Source: Psammoneis japonica (taxonomy: Eukaryota). Taken from it: a DNA stretch of 64,000 nucleotides. Shown in pieces: positions 1 through 13,047 of this stretch (positions are counted from its first letter, which is position 1; each line of letters opens with the position of its first letter). The notes under the pieces were generated by a model that saw nothing but the letters and a program-made list of their open reading frames with translations, was not told the DNA's origin and did no database searches. The stretch covers positions 434,001-498,000 of the forward strand of contig QPGO01000031.1 in NCBI GenBank assembly GCA_008632985.1, read 5' to 3'. Made by a program: the position numbers and the translations under genes.

Positions 1-2022
1 AATTTTTGATTCATCCATTGTGGATTGTACATTTTTATTCTTGATCTCCAAGGCATCTTGGCAGAGACGTTTCAAGTCTGATAATTCCATGACATTGTTG
101 CCGGGCAACGAAGACTGCCATCGTCTCGTAAGTTCAATCCGGTTCAATCGATTCTTTTGCTGAACGACGCGATTTCTGAGGGTAGGAAGAAACGATCGTT
201 TGGGTTGAAAGAAACGAGTCCCACCAAAAGCCAAGACTCGTATTCTATGGGACTGTAGAAGAAACAACATGGAAACGAGACGTAGAAAGAGAAGCAAGGA
301 CTGCGCCATGACGACGGCAACAACACAATAGCGGTATCAACAAGACATGCAATGTGCGATGTATCGTCATACTGAAATTGTCGGTCGTCAAATTCGGACG
401 GACGCCGGATGGACACACGCATCTTCCATCTGCACTGACTGTGCTGTCCGTCTTCATTTCTTTGCTCTCCCGGGCAAACCCACAACGCGGGAAAAACACA
501 GTGAGTCGCGAAGTTTGTCAGGCACACAGGGCCAGTGATCCTCGATCTCGACACTCAGCACCAGATGGCACCGCGTGTTGATGAGCATGAAGCTGGTCAG
601 CACCACATGGGTGCAAAACACACAACGTTGGTCGACGATGGGACACTCTCTGTGCTGCTGGTGCGTTGCTGCCACCCCGAGAGACTCAGAGCCAGTGAGC
701 AGCCTGGATCAGCACATCACATGATTGTCAGTGAACTCCAGCAAGCTCAGATCATGATTTTGGTGCAGACATGCAGACTCAGGTGGGTTGTTTTCCAGCA
801 GCAGTGCAGCACACTTGAGTGCTTCGTGGGCATTGAGAGATTGCAGCTCCTTTGTCAGTGCAGAGGTTGGATGACATGGAGAAAGAGACACATGCCACCA
901 TGCCAGCCAAACAATTGTGGCAGCATCAGAGTGCACGACATCGTAATGTCTGCACACATGACAAAAATGTGTTGCTGTGTTGCAAAATCTGCTTGTCTGC
1001 ACATGGTGGTTTTTGCCATTCAGTCAGTTGTCAATCTCCTGCTGTTCTTCATGTTTGAACACAGGTGCTTTTTAATTTTTGTGCTCAGCCTTTTTCACAA
1101 CTGCTGACGATCTTTAACGACAAGCCAAACATTGCAATTGCATGCAATGAAATTTTCATCATGTGAAGTGTGCACCAATTGTTCAACCAATGACTGTGCT
1201 CCAATTGGCCTGTTCGTCCGCATCGTCCTCTTCATTCCATGTGTCTTGTCCGCTCTCTTGCAAGAATTTCAAACACACATGCCGCTGCCATGTTGGATGT
1301 TTCCTCGTCACTGTTCCAAAAAAGCCACACTGCATTTCTTGCATTTGGGCGAACATCATCGAGAGGAAGAGGTCCCTCGAAACGCAGAATCGTGTCGCTG
1401 CTCCCCTCTTGACGTCGTGTCATCTGCTTCTTTTTCTCTTTCTTCATTTTTCCCATCCTGTTTTTCTCTTCCTTCTTCGTCTTGGCGCTGCCTGTTTTCA
1501 CCGTCTCCGGCATCTTTCCATCCGAATCCTTCTTTTTCATTGATCCTGTCACCGTCACCTTCATCGTGTGTGACTTTGTTTTGGATCCATGTTTCTGACT
1601 TCTCTCTGTGCTGTCCCCATTTCCGAATGTTTCTTTGTGATTGTTCGCATGCGTCACTTGAAGGCACCCATGTGTTCTTCATGCACCTTAACGCGCATGT
1701 AGAAATCCATGTTGTTTTCCAGCACATGCACCCTTTCTCCTGATGCTGTTCCATGCAACATTTTCTTCCATCAATTCTACACTCCGCACTGCCCTTTCCC
1801 GGTGCAATCTCACGCAGGATTTCTCTGGGAGAAGTTGCGTGCGCGTCTGGTGGGTTTTTGTGTGTGAAACTCCAAATCCTGCCAGGCGCGTGTGTGACTT
1901 CTCCCACGCACCACTCTGGTGTGTTTCTGCAGAAACCAGAATTTTGTGACTGACGCACGACCAATCTGGTGAATGCAATGGCGGACCCACGACCACAACA
2001 ATCAGAGCATTAGAAGAAAACC

Positions 2023-2990
2023 ATGTCAGATGAACTCTGTCCATCCGCTGCTCAGGATTTCCATCACCGGATGATGGAGACAGTTGATGGTTTTGTTCAT
2101 GCTGACGCTGCTCGTTGTTCGGAGGAACAGAGAGCAAAGGATGCAAAGGCTGCTGTGTCAAGATCGGTGGAAGCAATGGCAGAAGCCCGTTGTGCCACTG
2201 TGGCTGCAACGACCACACTTGACAGTGCTTTGTTAAATCCAGCAACAACCACTCGCAAATTTAAGCACATCTGTGCGCAGTTGATTGAGTCATCGATCGA
2301 GACACACCATTCAGACAATGACTGTGTTGCCGCAGTGGAAAATTGCAGCGAAGCGGAAATGAGTTTCCAATGCTTTCTTCATGGTGACGCATTTGACGCA
2401 AAAGAATTGGGGCTCCCAATCTCCGTTGTGGACATCAAAAATCAGAGTTGAGGCTGCACATGCTGCACAGCTGTGACTCGACGTTGCTTCTGAGAAGCCT
2501 CAGGGCAAATTCTGACACAGATGCCAACAGAGTGGTGGAGAGGGAGCAATCTGCGATTGACAGCATCAACAAATCCATCCACCGCCGTGCCGTGCCACTC
2601 CTTCGAAGGCAACATCTAACACAGCCGCTGCGCATCCTGAAGGCTGCAATCACATTGCTCCATGGGGCCCTTGACGATTTGAGAAGGAAAGACGTTGCCT
2701 TGCAGTGACAGTGGCAAGCTTTGCATGTTCTGTGGCCAGGCACAGATCAAATGCGGGGAGGGACATGGACCGCGATCTGGGCTGTGGATGAAGAAGCCGT
2801 GGCAAGAGAAAGGGTCCTGCAGTTGGCATCGCAAATCGAGGCACAATTGGTGGCTGTCAACCAGCCTGACCACAGTGCCGACTTTCAGCAGGCAATTGTG
2901 GCTGCCAGGGAACATTTCATGGCGCAGGATGACCAAATGGACCGCGCAAGTGGACACTGCATAGAATCCACGAGGAAGCAATTGCTCTAA
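2023..2990 (+). pseudogene. Unidentified helical ORF fragments inside the transposon
   Basis: ORFs 2023-2451 and 2721-2990 read as protein-like, converge on the transposase 3' end and lack Tyr. No family recognised. Confidence 0.3.
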
Positions 2991-5900
2991 AAATGCACAC
3001 ACTGTGAGCGAAATGACAGATTGAAGCGCGCATCCTGTTTTAGAAACAAATCTGACCAACACTTCCTTCTGTCCTGTGCAGCCCAAACAAATGGGGCCTT
3101 TTCTTGCGCTTCTGCCACTCCTGGACATTCTTCATGAACCAAAACATTGTCCCCAATTGCTTCGACAGGGACAACACGCAACTCAGGTGAGTGCTGAGTC
3201 TTCTCAGGCGTTGACAGCCAGTTGTTTTGTTTGTGATCAAGCTGCCAGCGACTGACCAAGTCTGCATGCTGACACCGTTGCCTCATGGTTCTCTGGTCAG
3301 CTTGACAAGCAGTTGGATGGACAACTGCAAAAATTGATCCTGTGTGTTCCTGTTCAAAGAAACACAGCAAACGGGAGGGGAAACTGTTGATCGCCCTTTT
3401 GTGTGCCAAAGGTCACACAGGCAAAGTCATGCCATGGTCCTTCGCTTTTGAAATCGGGGTGCGCACGGTGCGCATCCCTCCCGTTTGCATTGTAAAACTC
3501 TGTCTTACAAGTCGGGTGTGCATTTTCACTGTCTTCACCAACACAATCCTCCCACTTTTCCGACATGAAGTTTGGCAACACAGGATGAACTTGGCAACGA
3601 GTGTGCTCGCTGTTCCACTCAAACGTCACAGCGCCAATCCCTCGGTTGCAGGTGAGAGTGAACGTGCTTCCTCCCAGCGTGTGATTGTCCATCCTGACTC
3701 TTGATGATTCCTTTTTCCCAGTTGGCAAAATCCAACCATTGGCTGAAATTGCGGCGTTGAGCCTCATTTGGTCCTCCATGCGCGACACGACCTGCTTCAG
3801 AAAACTGTCGAGGTTGCATTGTTGTGTGGTGGATGACGGCAGCTTGAAAAAGTCTTTCAAGAGACACCCCCCCAAGCCTGCGTCAAAGTTCATCGCATGT
3901 TGGCAACAACAAAGAAACACTGGGAGATGGAGTGTTTCATGAAGCTTTCGAAGCTTCCACCCGCATCCTTCTGTTCGCGGGACGAACTGCACTGTCCGGT
4001 CAATGAGGAGACGGATTTTCTTGTTCATTTTCTGAATGGATGAACTGGGAGTTGCGCTTGTGATGGGTGGATCGCCCAGCCTGTGCCATGCGTGGAAGAC
4101 AAGAAGGTCCTCGAGCAATTGAATGAATTGCCGGACGCTGCAGCCGAGTCTTTTCCCTTGCATTTTTTCTTTTTTTGGTTGTCGTCACCATCCTCAGCCT
4201 CACTCTCCTCTTTCTCATCCTCATTTTCGTCCCAGTCACCCTCTTCGGACTCCTCCGACCTTTCATCGTCAGAGTCGTCCAAGTGCTCACTGGGTTGGCA
4301 GCAACTCTCAAAGTTTGCTTTGGGTGTCTTGCGATTCTCTGGAACAATGGGTTCGTCTGTGTCCTCGTCAAGGAAGCATGACTCACATGTGTTTCGTCCC
4401 TCGCTGGTTGACAGGAGAAGGTAGAAAACAAAAGCCATTCCAGCCCAGTGGTGAGAGTTGAGGAAGGCAAGCGACGTTGCTCCTCCTTTGAAGTTTGTTC
4501 GCAAAAAGGATGCTTTGCAAGTTGACTGGTGATTGCTGAAAATCCTTTCCACTGTGCTGTCCACCTCACTTGCGACCACAGGTGTCATGCTGTCTACAAA
4601 TGAATTGATCACCCTTTTCAAGGTGCCGTTTTCAAAGAGATGCATCATGTCGCTTGCTGTCGCAAGGGTGACGCCGCATGGTTGTGCGCCAAAGTCTGCC
4701 TCAAAAAGACAGTTGGCAGGTGCATTGTGTTGCTTGAGGCAATGCAAGATGCCCAACCAGTGCTTCCTTTCTTGGTCTGATCTGTCATCGTCGTTGGCCT
4801 TAGTTTGCACTTGGTGGAGATCCAGTCCTTGGACAAACTCGCATTCAATCCATGGGTCGTCCAGTTTGTTGAAGCCAGTCAGGCAAAAACGACGCAACGT
4901 TGATGACAGTTGTGACCTCCGCATCGTCCGACGAGACAGTCGCCGCTTTTTGCGTCTCCTGTGATGAGAACAATCAGCGGGATCATGTGGAGGTGTCGCA
5001 TCTCATCCCCTCGTCGCACGCATGTTTTCATGCCTCCTTTTCTCATGACTTCCAAAAGTGGCTCCAAAATGACACGCAAGCAAGTGTGGCAGTCTCTTGA
5101 CGAGCGTCCCTTCTCCGCCTTGCGATTGTTTGAGAGATTCTTTGCCGCAGATGACGACATCTTTTCCAAATCCGGGAGATGACCAAGAGGTTTCCAGACA
5201 CTCTTGTCCGACCATTTGTTGAAGGCAACATGCGCAGAGGTCATGATCACTGGTTCTCCGCAATGTGATCCCATCCCTTGTGTCCTGCCAGTCTTGTTGA
5301 GGTAAATGACATTGCACTCGAGAAATTGTTTCTCCGGGTCAGTTGTCCGTTCTTCGTAACTACGCCTGCACCACTCACCTGCCAAAAGGCACTTGTCATC
5401 CGGTCCCTTTGCTTTGTGCTTCCCAAAAGGATTGTCTGGATCGGCCATGTTCTCTCTGCTGCACCACAGGTGAGGATCGAGCAAAAACTGTTCCCAAACC
5501 TTTGTGAAATCCCATCTTGGCACTGACACTCGTTTTGGCAAACCGGTTTTGAAATTTTTGGTTTCTAGAGTGACAGGAATAGACTCGCTGGGTGGAAGAG
5601 GGAAATGCTTGGTTAAGGTGCGCATCAACTCTTTTCTCCTTGGCAGAACTGCACCAAGCTCAATGTTGCTGTCACCAGTGTGCCTCTCAATGAAATCAAC
5701 AATGTGATCGCACAATTCCAGGGGAGCACCACGTGTGTCCATGAGCTTCTTGCACAACTCTACGCAAGCTCCGTCAAGATTTGTCAAAGAGGGAGTAGAA
5801 GCCAAGGCCTCTTCTGCAGGAGCATCACACCTGCTCCCCAAACGTTGATCCTCATCGTCAATGTCCTCTTCCTCCTCCATTGTCACGTCCAACACTGCAG

Positions 5901-6345
5901 CAAAGGATTGACCACCGCCAACATCCAACTTGTTCATTGCCAAAAGTTCAACTCCTTGCATGCTGTGGTTTGATGAAATGGAGGACATGTCGTCCATTCC
6001 GTGCGGCGCGTCATCCAGGGGAGGGGAACAAGGGGCTGCTGCTTGGATCACTCGTTGAAGATCTTGGGAATCTGCTGCGAGTTGATCGCCTGGGATGGGA
6101 TTCGTCATCATCAGAGGACAAAGAGGAAGAACTGCCACTTTCTTCTGGTGGCCCCTCTGTTGTGGCAGGAATGTCGCTTTGATCTGGGACCAGATCTTGG
6201 GTTTGCAACTCTTGGGCAACTGAGCAACACGTCGGTGAGCATCTCCAATGGCAGGCCATTCGCAAAAAACTTTGGTCACAACTGGGACAGAGAAGAGGGT
6301 TTCCGTCCATTGTAAATCAGACAATGTTGACAGGGCCTTCATCAA
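2987..6345 (-). pseudogene. Plavaka-family transposase, frameshifted and hypermutated
   Basis: Consecutive ORFs 4879-6345, 4025-4924, 3354-4163 and 2987-3409 carry motifs I recognise from this family: 'IPLIVLITGDAKSGDCLVGRCGGH', 'DMMHLFENG', 'KLRKLHETLHLP...NFDAG', 'AHRAHPDFKSEGPWHDFACV' (family pattern YRAHP..GPWYD). Confidence 0.75.
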
Positions 6346-6762
6346 GACTCATGCTTGTCGTCCTTGTCTTGTGGATGAGAAGGGGAAAAAAGAACAACAC
6401 GCAAAAAATGGTTGGGAAATTGGCAAACATTACATTGTCTTCCAGATTGGGATGATTCTTGCAGGTGTGACGCATCTGCATTTTGATTTTTTATCTGGCA
6501 TCCACAATGAATGTTGTGCTTTTTATTCACTGTCAAAATGCAGGACATTGTCTCCGTTGAAACGCAATGACAGCCATGTCAAAAAGCAAGTTGGACTGTT
6601 CGTTGTCATGTGCAAATGTGTTTTCAAATTTCAATGTTGCTGACAACAATTTGTGCAATGTCACAGAGAAAAACAGAGTGCCTGGCTGTCTCAACACGAC
6701 CCAAACGACGGTTGCACTGTCGAACAGCACCACTCCTCTCGTTGTTGCCGTGAAAAGATCAA

Positions 6763-7972
6763 GATGTCGTCTCCAGCACAACCGGCAAAGAAGAGAAAGA
6801 AAAATGAGACTGTTGAGCCAATGAGCCCGAGACTTCAGGCAGTGTTGAAGAGAACAGGCACGCAGCAGCGCATGGTGCATTGAAATCAGAAGCAGGGAAG
6901 GTGGCCAGAAATGATCTCTTTCCACAGGTGAAGTTTCTCAGTCCATCTGAGTTGGCAAGCAATGGGAGCGTCTCAATGTTTGTCAAGAAACAGATTGCTG
7001 GTGGCAACATGGACACTTCAAATCGGTCAGGAACTTGGGAGGAATGGGCAAAAAAGGCGGCAAAAGGCAAATTGACAATCGCAGATGTTCGGCTGTTGGG
7101 GCGGAGGCAATGGCACGCAAGTCAAGTGACCAATGTGTGTGATTCGAGAGTTGCGCGCATCTCACAAGAAGATGAAGGTGATGCTTTGTCTGTGTGGGCG
7201 TTGTCACTGAGGAAGAGGGAAAGGAAAAAGAAAAGAAACTCAAGGCGGCAGACAGGAGGAAAAAGAGGAAAAAGTCAAGCCGTGACAAGAATGAAGAGAA
7301 TGACATCCCGTTTGTGCCGACATGGGATCCGTTCAGCCTGGACACTGTCACCGGCGGTAAACGAAGGAACAAGCAGGCATGCAAGTGGTTCTGTGATCAC
7401 ATCCTGCCTCAAACCAAGCAAAAGCAGGCATGGAGCAGCACCGTCAAAACTGGGAACGCACAGGTCTCACAGTTGTTTATGGTCGGTGACGAAGCTTTGG
7501 CACTGTTGGCCATGGAGAGTCATTGGCAGGTGTGGGCATGCAGGAACAAGGAGGAGGCGGTGGAAGAATTGGGTGAGGAAATGGAGCCCGAAGAACAAGG
7601 CCTGCCCCTCGGTGCACGAAGCCAAAGAAACAATGAGTGTCTTGGGGAGACGACGGAATCAATCAGTTCAACGATTTGTGCAAAGAGGTGACGAAAGACA
7701 GAGACTCCAAGGAGGGCAAGGAGTTTGAAAAGTGGCATGCAGAGATCAAGAAAAGCGAGTGCGAGAAGTCCGGAGAAGCAAAAAAGAAGAAAAAGAAAGC
7801 ACCGGCCGGTGATGCAGACAAGGTGAAGGCAATGAACAGCCCAATGGTGGAGAGCAGCAGGGATGATGACAGCAACAACGATGAGCAGGAGGAAGGCGCA
7901 AAAGGCAAAACGGATGACAGAGGAGACGAGTCCGATGGAGACGAGTCCGATGATGATCGTCAGCTTGGTTGA
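6763..7972 (+). pseudogene. Transposon accessory ORF, divergent from the transposase, frameshifted
   Basis: 'FMVGDEALALLAMESHW' and 'SWGDDGINQFNDLCKEVTKDR' match the DEAFALL..EN.W / W..EGI..FN.L...V..DR pattern of accessory ORFs in such elements. Acidic and Lys-rich tails. Confidence 0.55.
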
Positions 7973-9460
7973 GAGAGTTGCAGCAAGAAAATGTGCACAC
8001 AGTTTACACAGCACTCGGTCATTGCACTGCAGACGCAACAAGGGATTGACTTAACCAATGAAATGCTTTTCTCGTTTAAGATGGTGTTTGCGAAAATTGA
8101 CAAACCAAGGATTGTGTGGAAATGCAACCACGCACTGGCATGTGGCAACAAGGTGGAGGCAGACACAGTGATGTGGACACAGTGAAAAACAGCGTGCATG
8201 ATTCTCAACGAGTCATTGCAATGTTGGTGTGGCAAACTTGTGACCAGAGGTTGGCCTTTCATCACATGACAATGATGTTTTGCAACATTTTGATGAATCA
8301 TCATCATGCAAATCTACACATTTTTGACATTTCGTGCACTCTGATGAGGAGGCTCCCATTCTGGTTGTTGACAAGCAGCTGGCTGCTCGTCTGGTTTCAC
8401 GTGCTGAACAAAGCTTTGGCCACTTGCCTTGTGTGCTGCCTGGTTGTGCAGGCCCTTCTTGAGACTGGCCACCCATTCAGGAGAGGAGCAGCTCAACACT
8501 GCGGCCCTGCTGCAGCCTTGGTTCCAGCCACATTGGTGCACTGCTGAGCTGACCCCCAGCGGCGCGCAGCATTTCTTCCTGTGGGCAGGGCACACAAGGC
8601 CAAGACTTGACTCTGTTGTGAACACCTTTCATTTTGGCAGGTTCCAGAAGCTCCAGGTGACAGGCAATGCATGAGTGCAATCATCAAATGTGGCCAACTT
8701 CACTGTCCCACAAACTTCTTCTTCAAGCTTGGTTTTTTCCAAAGCTGAGGTGCAAGCACACACAAGAATTTTTTGTGCAGCCGTGCTCCAATTTGTTTTG
8801 TGGGTTTCCAAATGGGAGTTTCAGGAAAGGTGTTAAGCTGCGATTGATGGATTTTTGGTTTCTCAGGAAAGGTGGTGAGCCCTGCTTGATGGATTTTTGG
8901 TTTCTCACCTGGGGCTGGAACAAGCAAGCCTTTCTTTGGAGTTTTGATGTGCAACCACTTGTGCCTGTGATGTCAAGTTTGGATTCAAGGAGTTGACTTT
9001 TGGAGTGGTCACAAGCAATGCTGTTCATGTCCTCACAACCAAAAAGTGAGAGCAGCCAGACTCTTGTTGCGCTTTGCTCTCATTCTGTGACAGCGTGCAG
9101 AGCAGCAGAAAACAGCCAAGCTGCAAATGCCAGCCACAGCAGCAGGGCGGTGATGAGGAAGAGTGCAAAAGAGTGCATGGTGTTAAAAAAACAGGTGGAG
9201 GGGGGCGCACAAGGAGATGGAAGATGCACTCCAAATCTTCTTTGCTGTTTGCAGTGAAGGGGGGGTTCAAGAGCGGCGGCTGATGACATCGCACCAAATT
9301 TGGCGCGCTTCAATTTTCGCGAGCTGCACCTCTCGCCTGGCTGCCCGTCTTGGATCTTCTGGGCGATGCAGTGTTGATGGCCTCATCATTCTTCCGGTCG
9401 GTATCTTCTATCATAGGGCCCTCCCTGCAGACAGTGCATGCTGTGTAACTTTCAGGACCG

Positions 9461-9910
9461 ATGATTTTGATAATTCGTAATGGTGTCGTTATGATGTTGA
9501 TTGGTTTAATTTACGGTGCCGCTGTCCACGATGCTCCGTACCCTATGCTTGCCGTTGGTACTCATCAACAAATGGTGTTAAACGGCATGTACATTCTCTT
9601 GTTGGGAATGCTTATCGAATTGAATATTTCACGTATCGGTGAGGGCGGTTGGAAATGGGCGATTGTAAAGATAACTTGTGGACCCTATATATGGGTAATG
9701 GTGGTTTTTGAGGTGCTGACCTCCCACTATGGATGTAAAGAATTCCTCAAGATACGGGCCGAAAGCGCAAATGCTCCGGGCTGTAATGCGACATTGGAAA
9801 AGGTATCAGAGGTTGGAATAGTCTCTGCCGGTGTTGGGCTGCTACTTGCAACAGCGATTGTTTTGTATGGTACATTCTGTTCTCCACAAAGGATTGAAAA
9901 GAAGGAATAG
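9461..9910 (+). CDS. Small 4-TM membrane protein, styrene-oxide isomerase (StyC)-like
   Basis: Four hydrophobic segments. 'PYPMLAVGTHQQMVLNG' resembles the StyC-family AH....LNG motif. Normal TpA content. Confidence 0.55.
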   Translation: MILIIRNGVVMMLIGLIYGAAVHDAPYPMLAVGTHQQMVLNGMYILLLGMLIELNISRIGEGGWKWAIVKITCGPYIWVMVVFEVLTSHYGCKEFLKIRAESANAPGCNATLEKVSEVGIVSAGVGLLLATAIVLYGTFCSPQRIEKKE

Positions 9911-10384
9911 CTTTTCTTGGCTTGGATGAGCGTGTTGATGCTGGCTAGCTAGTGCACTCTTAGGGTGCACTTTCTTGGTTGTGGGTTCGTGGCTTATAAG
10001 GACACCTTTTGATTTTTTCAGAAGCAGAACTAGAGAATATTCGTGCAAAGCAGGTCAAGGAGCTAAGAGACAACTGTACGAAGCACTTCGGTAGTCGTAG
10101 AGCTAGCCAGAGATGTAGGTATGCATGTTGATCTATGTAAAAACAAAAGTACAATAAATAGCCAACACTGATGAAGGTTGGCGAACAAATCCGGAATCAG
10201 TGAAAGAACCTAGACGCCTTCCGGTGCAAGTGACGCGGGGGCGAATTCTTCTTCCTCTTCCAATAATGGATCCAACGATCCCACCATTTATTTCGCGACT
10301 TTAACATCGAGAGGTTGTACATTCGGCCGCGCTAGCTACTCCTACTTCACGCTTTTGCTTGAGGAGAACCTCAACATCTCATGT

Positions 10385-11200
10385 CTAGGCAGATCCCTCA
10401 ACGTCAAGCTCCACTTCGTCCACATCGATCTCTTCACCCTGGTCATTCTCGTCTACCTTTGCTTCGCTATTCTGAAGTTCCTTGTCTTCTCCTTCTCTGG
10501 TTCTATTGCGCCCCAAAGCAAAAACCGTGAGTCTGGCCTTCTTGACCTTGAAGTTACTCTTCACCTTGCCGGTTGTCTTCGTTTTCTCTCGCTTCTCTTT
10601 TTTCTTGAAAGGCACATTCTCTTGATTCTTTTCTTCCTCTTTCGTCGCTTCCTTTTCGTCGTAGTTCTTTGCATCCTTGGTCGAATTTTTGGTGTTGACA
10701 CCGGACAAGTCCTTGATGCGAACATCTAGAGGTCGCTGCCATGTCGTTTCGTGAGTCACCTTATTGTAGTAGTAGACTCGATTGGTGTTGGAGTCCATGT
10801 AGGATCTCCAGATGGTCTTAGGTTTCTTCAATTTTTTGCCATTCGCCTCGAAGCCTTCGTTGTTGTCGTTGTCCTTCTTGTGAGGTTGCTCTCGACTATT
10901 ACAAGTAGAATTTTCCTTGCTCTCAACAGGTTCCTCTTTTGGTTCTCTTTCGGAGACATCACCCTTTTTAGTCTTATCCTTCTTGGTGTTAAGCACAAAC
11001 GAAGACAAAACCACACGAGTGGAAGGAGCGCCCCTCGATTCCCCAATCGTTCTGTGGTCCGACTCGTGCTTGTTTCGATCCGCCACCGTTGTCTGCAGAA
11101 GAACAGCTTCAATTCCATTTTCGTCTTCGTCGTTGTAGCCTTGTGATTTAGCCTCCTCGAGAGGCACTTCGGTGGTAGGTGTATCTTCGTTGCACATCAT
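10385..11200 (-). CDS. WW-domain protein, paralog 1 (C-terminally truncated)
   Basis: WW motif 'WRSYMDSNTNRVYYYNKVTHETTWQRP'. Collinear similarity with 13048-13941. Confidence 0.75.
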   Translation of the reverse strand: MMCNEDTPTTEVPLEEAKSQGYNDEDENGIEAVLLQTTVADRNKHESDHRTIGESRGAPSTRVVLSSFVLNTKKDKTKKGDVSEREPKEEPVESKENSTCNSREQPHKKDNDNNEGFEANGKKLKKPKTIWRSYMDSNTNRVYYYNKVTHETTWQRPLDVRIKDLSGVNTKNSTKDAKNYDEKEATKEEEKNQENVPFKKKEKREKTKTTGKVKSNFKVKKARLTVFALGRNRTREGEDKELQNSEAKVDENDQGEEIDVDEVELDVEGSA

Positions 11201-11378
11201 GTTCGACCGGTGTTCTCAACATCTGGCGTGGAGTCACTTTGAGCCTTTTGACATTCATTCCGTGTAGTGTGATAACTTGTTTGTGTTCTGATTTTTATGT
11301 CCCGGATCGTGTTTTTTGCGCGAATGGGTCGCGTGTCGGCGCCAGTCACGCCACGCAGGTCATGAGCTGGCTCTTTTT

Positions 11379-12653
11379 TGTAACGGCAGCTTTGGGCGGG
11401 ACGGGGGACTGACCGACCCGTCCTTCAATTTTTCGACGCGAAATGGCAGTGCACGGCGCACCGGACTCTCTGTTGCCGCCGCTGACGTCCAGTGACCACC
11501 GACGATGCAATGGTGAACTTCAGCCAGCACAAGTTTGCTCTTGACCTTCATTGTTTTTTTCTCTTGTTGTGCACCATTGCCGCAAGAACAGCGAGGCTCG
11601 AACAGCTGTTTTCCTGCTGGTGATTGACTCCTCCTGTGGTCGATTGACAACATGTCGCTCAGCGGCCACACCTGCAAACAAGCACTGCCTTTCTGTTGAG
11701 AACATCTTGAGCAGTGTGCTGTTGTGGTCCTTTCCAGCACCCCGCCAAACTGCCAATTTTGTGCTGGCGCACGGAGCCAAGCAAAAGCCGGTCTCTCAAG
11801 ATCTCTGGTGCACACAGACACTTTTTGGGAGTTGTCAAAGCTGGCAGAAATGAAAAAGGCTTGGCAGTGCAAGCTCCTCACACACCTCTCCTGTTTGGGG
11901 GCACTTGGTCAGGAAGACCAAGCAAATGAGGCAGCTTCTCAAGAAAACGGTCTGTGTGCAGAGTTGCTGTGTGCTGCACAGTGCCTTGTGGCTGCTGCAC
12001 AATGAGCAGAAAAATGGATTCATTTGAAGGAAAACACAGAATTTTTAGAAAGAGGCAGCCAACAAGTGCAAAACTGTGAAGGTGCTTGTTGTCTTTCCTT
12101 CAAGGTGTGGATTTTTGAAAGTGCAAAAAGCACAAATTTGTGGCTGAGGCCAGAAGCCACGCTGCAGCACCCTTTTGCAAACCACTCTGCTGAGACTTGT
12201 TCTCTCTGCATCTGCATCAAAAGTTCTTTGCCAGCTCAACAAACTCTCTCTGAGAAGGAGGAAATGACAAGCCACAACATCACTGCTTGCGCTGTTGTTT
12301 GCACACTTGAATGTGATGCGCCAGAAGCAACCCCATCATTTGCAAATTGGATTTTTCTTCCGGTTGTTGTCATGTGGTGCATCAGAAGATTTCTCTGGCC
12401 ATTTGTGTGTGTTTTCTGCAAAGCACCTTCACATTTATGGATGAGAATGACTTGTGGATGAGAATGACTCTCACCAAAAATTCAAGGGCAGAAGACAGCA
12501 CCCGGCAACAGAAGTGCAGTGCTTGGCCCGGGCGCTGCCCCAGCACACTTGTTCCCACAATCTGCACCACTTTTCCCACCCTGCAAAATGACAAGGGGTG
12601 CAACTTCACCACAACCACTGTCAAGAAATGCCAACTAGATCAGTGATGTTACA
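11379..12653. mobile_element. Degenerate non-coding repeat or TE remnant (TpA-depleted tract 2)
   Basis: TpA- and partly CpG-poor segment bounded by TGTAAC (11379) and GTTACA (12653). No TSD and no recognisable ORF. Confidence 0.4.
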
Positions 12654-13047
12654 CACCAATTCAGCGCTACGACAAAACAAATTTCATCCCCGAAAAACGA
12701 AAGAAACTCCCTTGAGGACGAGAACTGGTCAAAAAATCAAAATGTCATCATCTGACATATCTAACTCGCAATGAAAAAAGGACACGGCATTGAGATGCAA
12801 CGCTCGCAATGACCTTCAATGTCAAATGGGCACCCGCGTCGATTCTTGGACTGAAAGTTCAAATCATCCAAAGCAAAACTCGCCCTGAGACGATAGATCC
12901 ATCATCGCCAACCGTGACAACTGTTGAAACCGGTCGAAAGAGAGTAGCGTGCCCCGTTTTTTGGCAACAGTAGAGTCAAAAAAAGTGCAGAAAAATTCAC
13001 GTCTATGTTGGCCTATTTGAAGATACAATCATTGTGTAGCATGGGAG

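Larger units (their letters stand above)
373..9345. mobile_element. Degenerate Plavaka-like DNA transposon (TpA-depleted tract 1); ends approximate
   Basis: Contains Plavaka-type transposase fragments (- strand) and a divergent accessory ORF. TpA vanishes after ~372 and returns at ~9400. No convincing TIR or TSD found, so the limits are taken from composition. Confidence 0.7.

Noticed and set aside
373..9345. Dense overlapping Cys/His-rich ORFs in all six frames (also at 20.3-29 kb and 33-36 kb)
   Set aside because: A by-product of TpA loss: TAA/TAG stops are removed and Tyr is converted to Cys/His. These are not real metal-binding proteins.
9290..9345. Terminal inverted repeat of the Plavaka element
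   Set aside because: No convincing reverse-complement match near the left compositional border.
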